IMG/VR virus record: IMGVR_UViG_2671180567_000004
Coordinates: 1-4,037 of that record
Strand: one strand, 5' to 3'
DNA length: 4,037 nt
Source: a virus
Taxonomy: Duplodnaviria > Heunggongvirae > Uroviricota > Caudoviricetes
In this document: positions 3,904-4,037 of the stretch, in pieces
How the letters are laid out: each line of letters starts with the position of its first letter
Position numbering within the stretch: the first letter of the stretch is position 1
Position numbers and translations under genes: made by a program
Notes under the pieces: generated by a model
What the model saw: only the letters and a program-made list of their open reading frames with translations
What the model was told of the DNA's origin: nothing
Database searches by the model: none

Positions 3904-4037
3904 CGTCCACCTCCGGAGAACAGGCCACCATCACGCATCTGTGCCTGAATCTCATCCTGCGCCCCCTTGCGGGCCATGTCATACACCGCCTTCATCAGCT
4001 GCGGCCCCGCCTGTCCGTTGGTGCCGTCGTTCTGAAT
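3900..4037 (-). CDS. H: tail tape-measure protein H (lambda gpH homolog), C-terminal 45 codons; gene continues beyond the 3' edge of the window
   Basis: Hand translation of the reverse complement of 3903..4037 gives IQNDGTNGQAGPQLMKAVYDMARKGAQDEIQAQMRDGGLFSGGGR, stop TGA at 3902..3900 overlapping the M start. Assigned as H from its position immediately upstream of M and its resemblance to the lambda gpH C-terminus as I remember it. Confidence 0.8.
   Translation of the reverse strand: MQNDGTNGQAGPQLMKAVYDMARKGAQDEIQAQMRDGGLFSGGGR

Noticed and set aside
3550-3948. 132-aa plus-strand ORF
   Set aside because: Antisense to M and the H/M junction. The minus-strand frames give the recognisable gpM and gpH sequences.
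1-4037. CRISPR arrays, tRNA genes, insertion sequences or integrase/att sites
   Set aside because: No regularly spaced direct repeats, no cloverleaf-capable segments, no transposase-like or integrase-like ORFs. The cassette has no recognisable terminal inverted repeats beyond the two terminator hairpins.

Overview
This window is a piece of a lambda-like (siphovirus) prophage tail-assembly operon, all on the minus strand: the C-terminal end of tape-measure protein H (runs off the 3' edge), then M, L, K and the start of I (runs off the 5' edge). The tail proteins are recognised from memory of the lambda sequences; no search was run. In lambda, L is followed directly by K. Here about 1.7 kb of visibly AT-richer DNA sits between them (about 1147-2875). 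That insert looks like a compact P22 immI-type antirepressor module: a divergent Mnt-like ribbon-helix-helix repressor (plus strand, 124 aa), a 55-aa Arc-like ribbon-helix-helix ORF that is absent from the ORF track, and a roughly 306-aa Ant-like antirepressor. It also carries back-to-back promoters with candidate operator palindromes, a candidate sar-like antisense RNA over the ant ribosome-binding site, and hairpin/T-tract terminators on the tail-gene strand at both ends of the insert. The other plus-strand ORFs in the track are antisense shadows of the tail genes. No tRNA, rRNA, CRISPR array or transposase was seen. All promoter, operator, terminator and small-RNA calls are read by eye from the sequence and are hypotheses.
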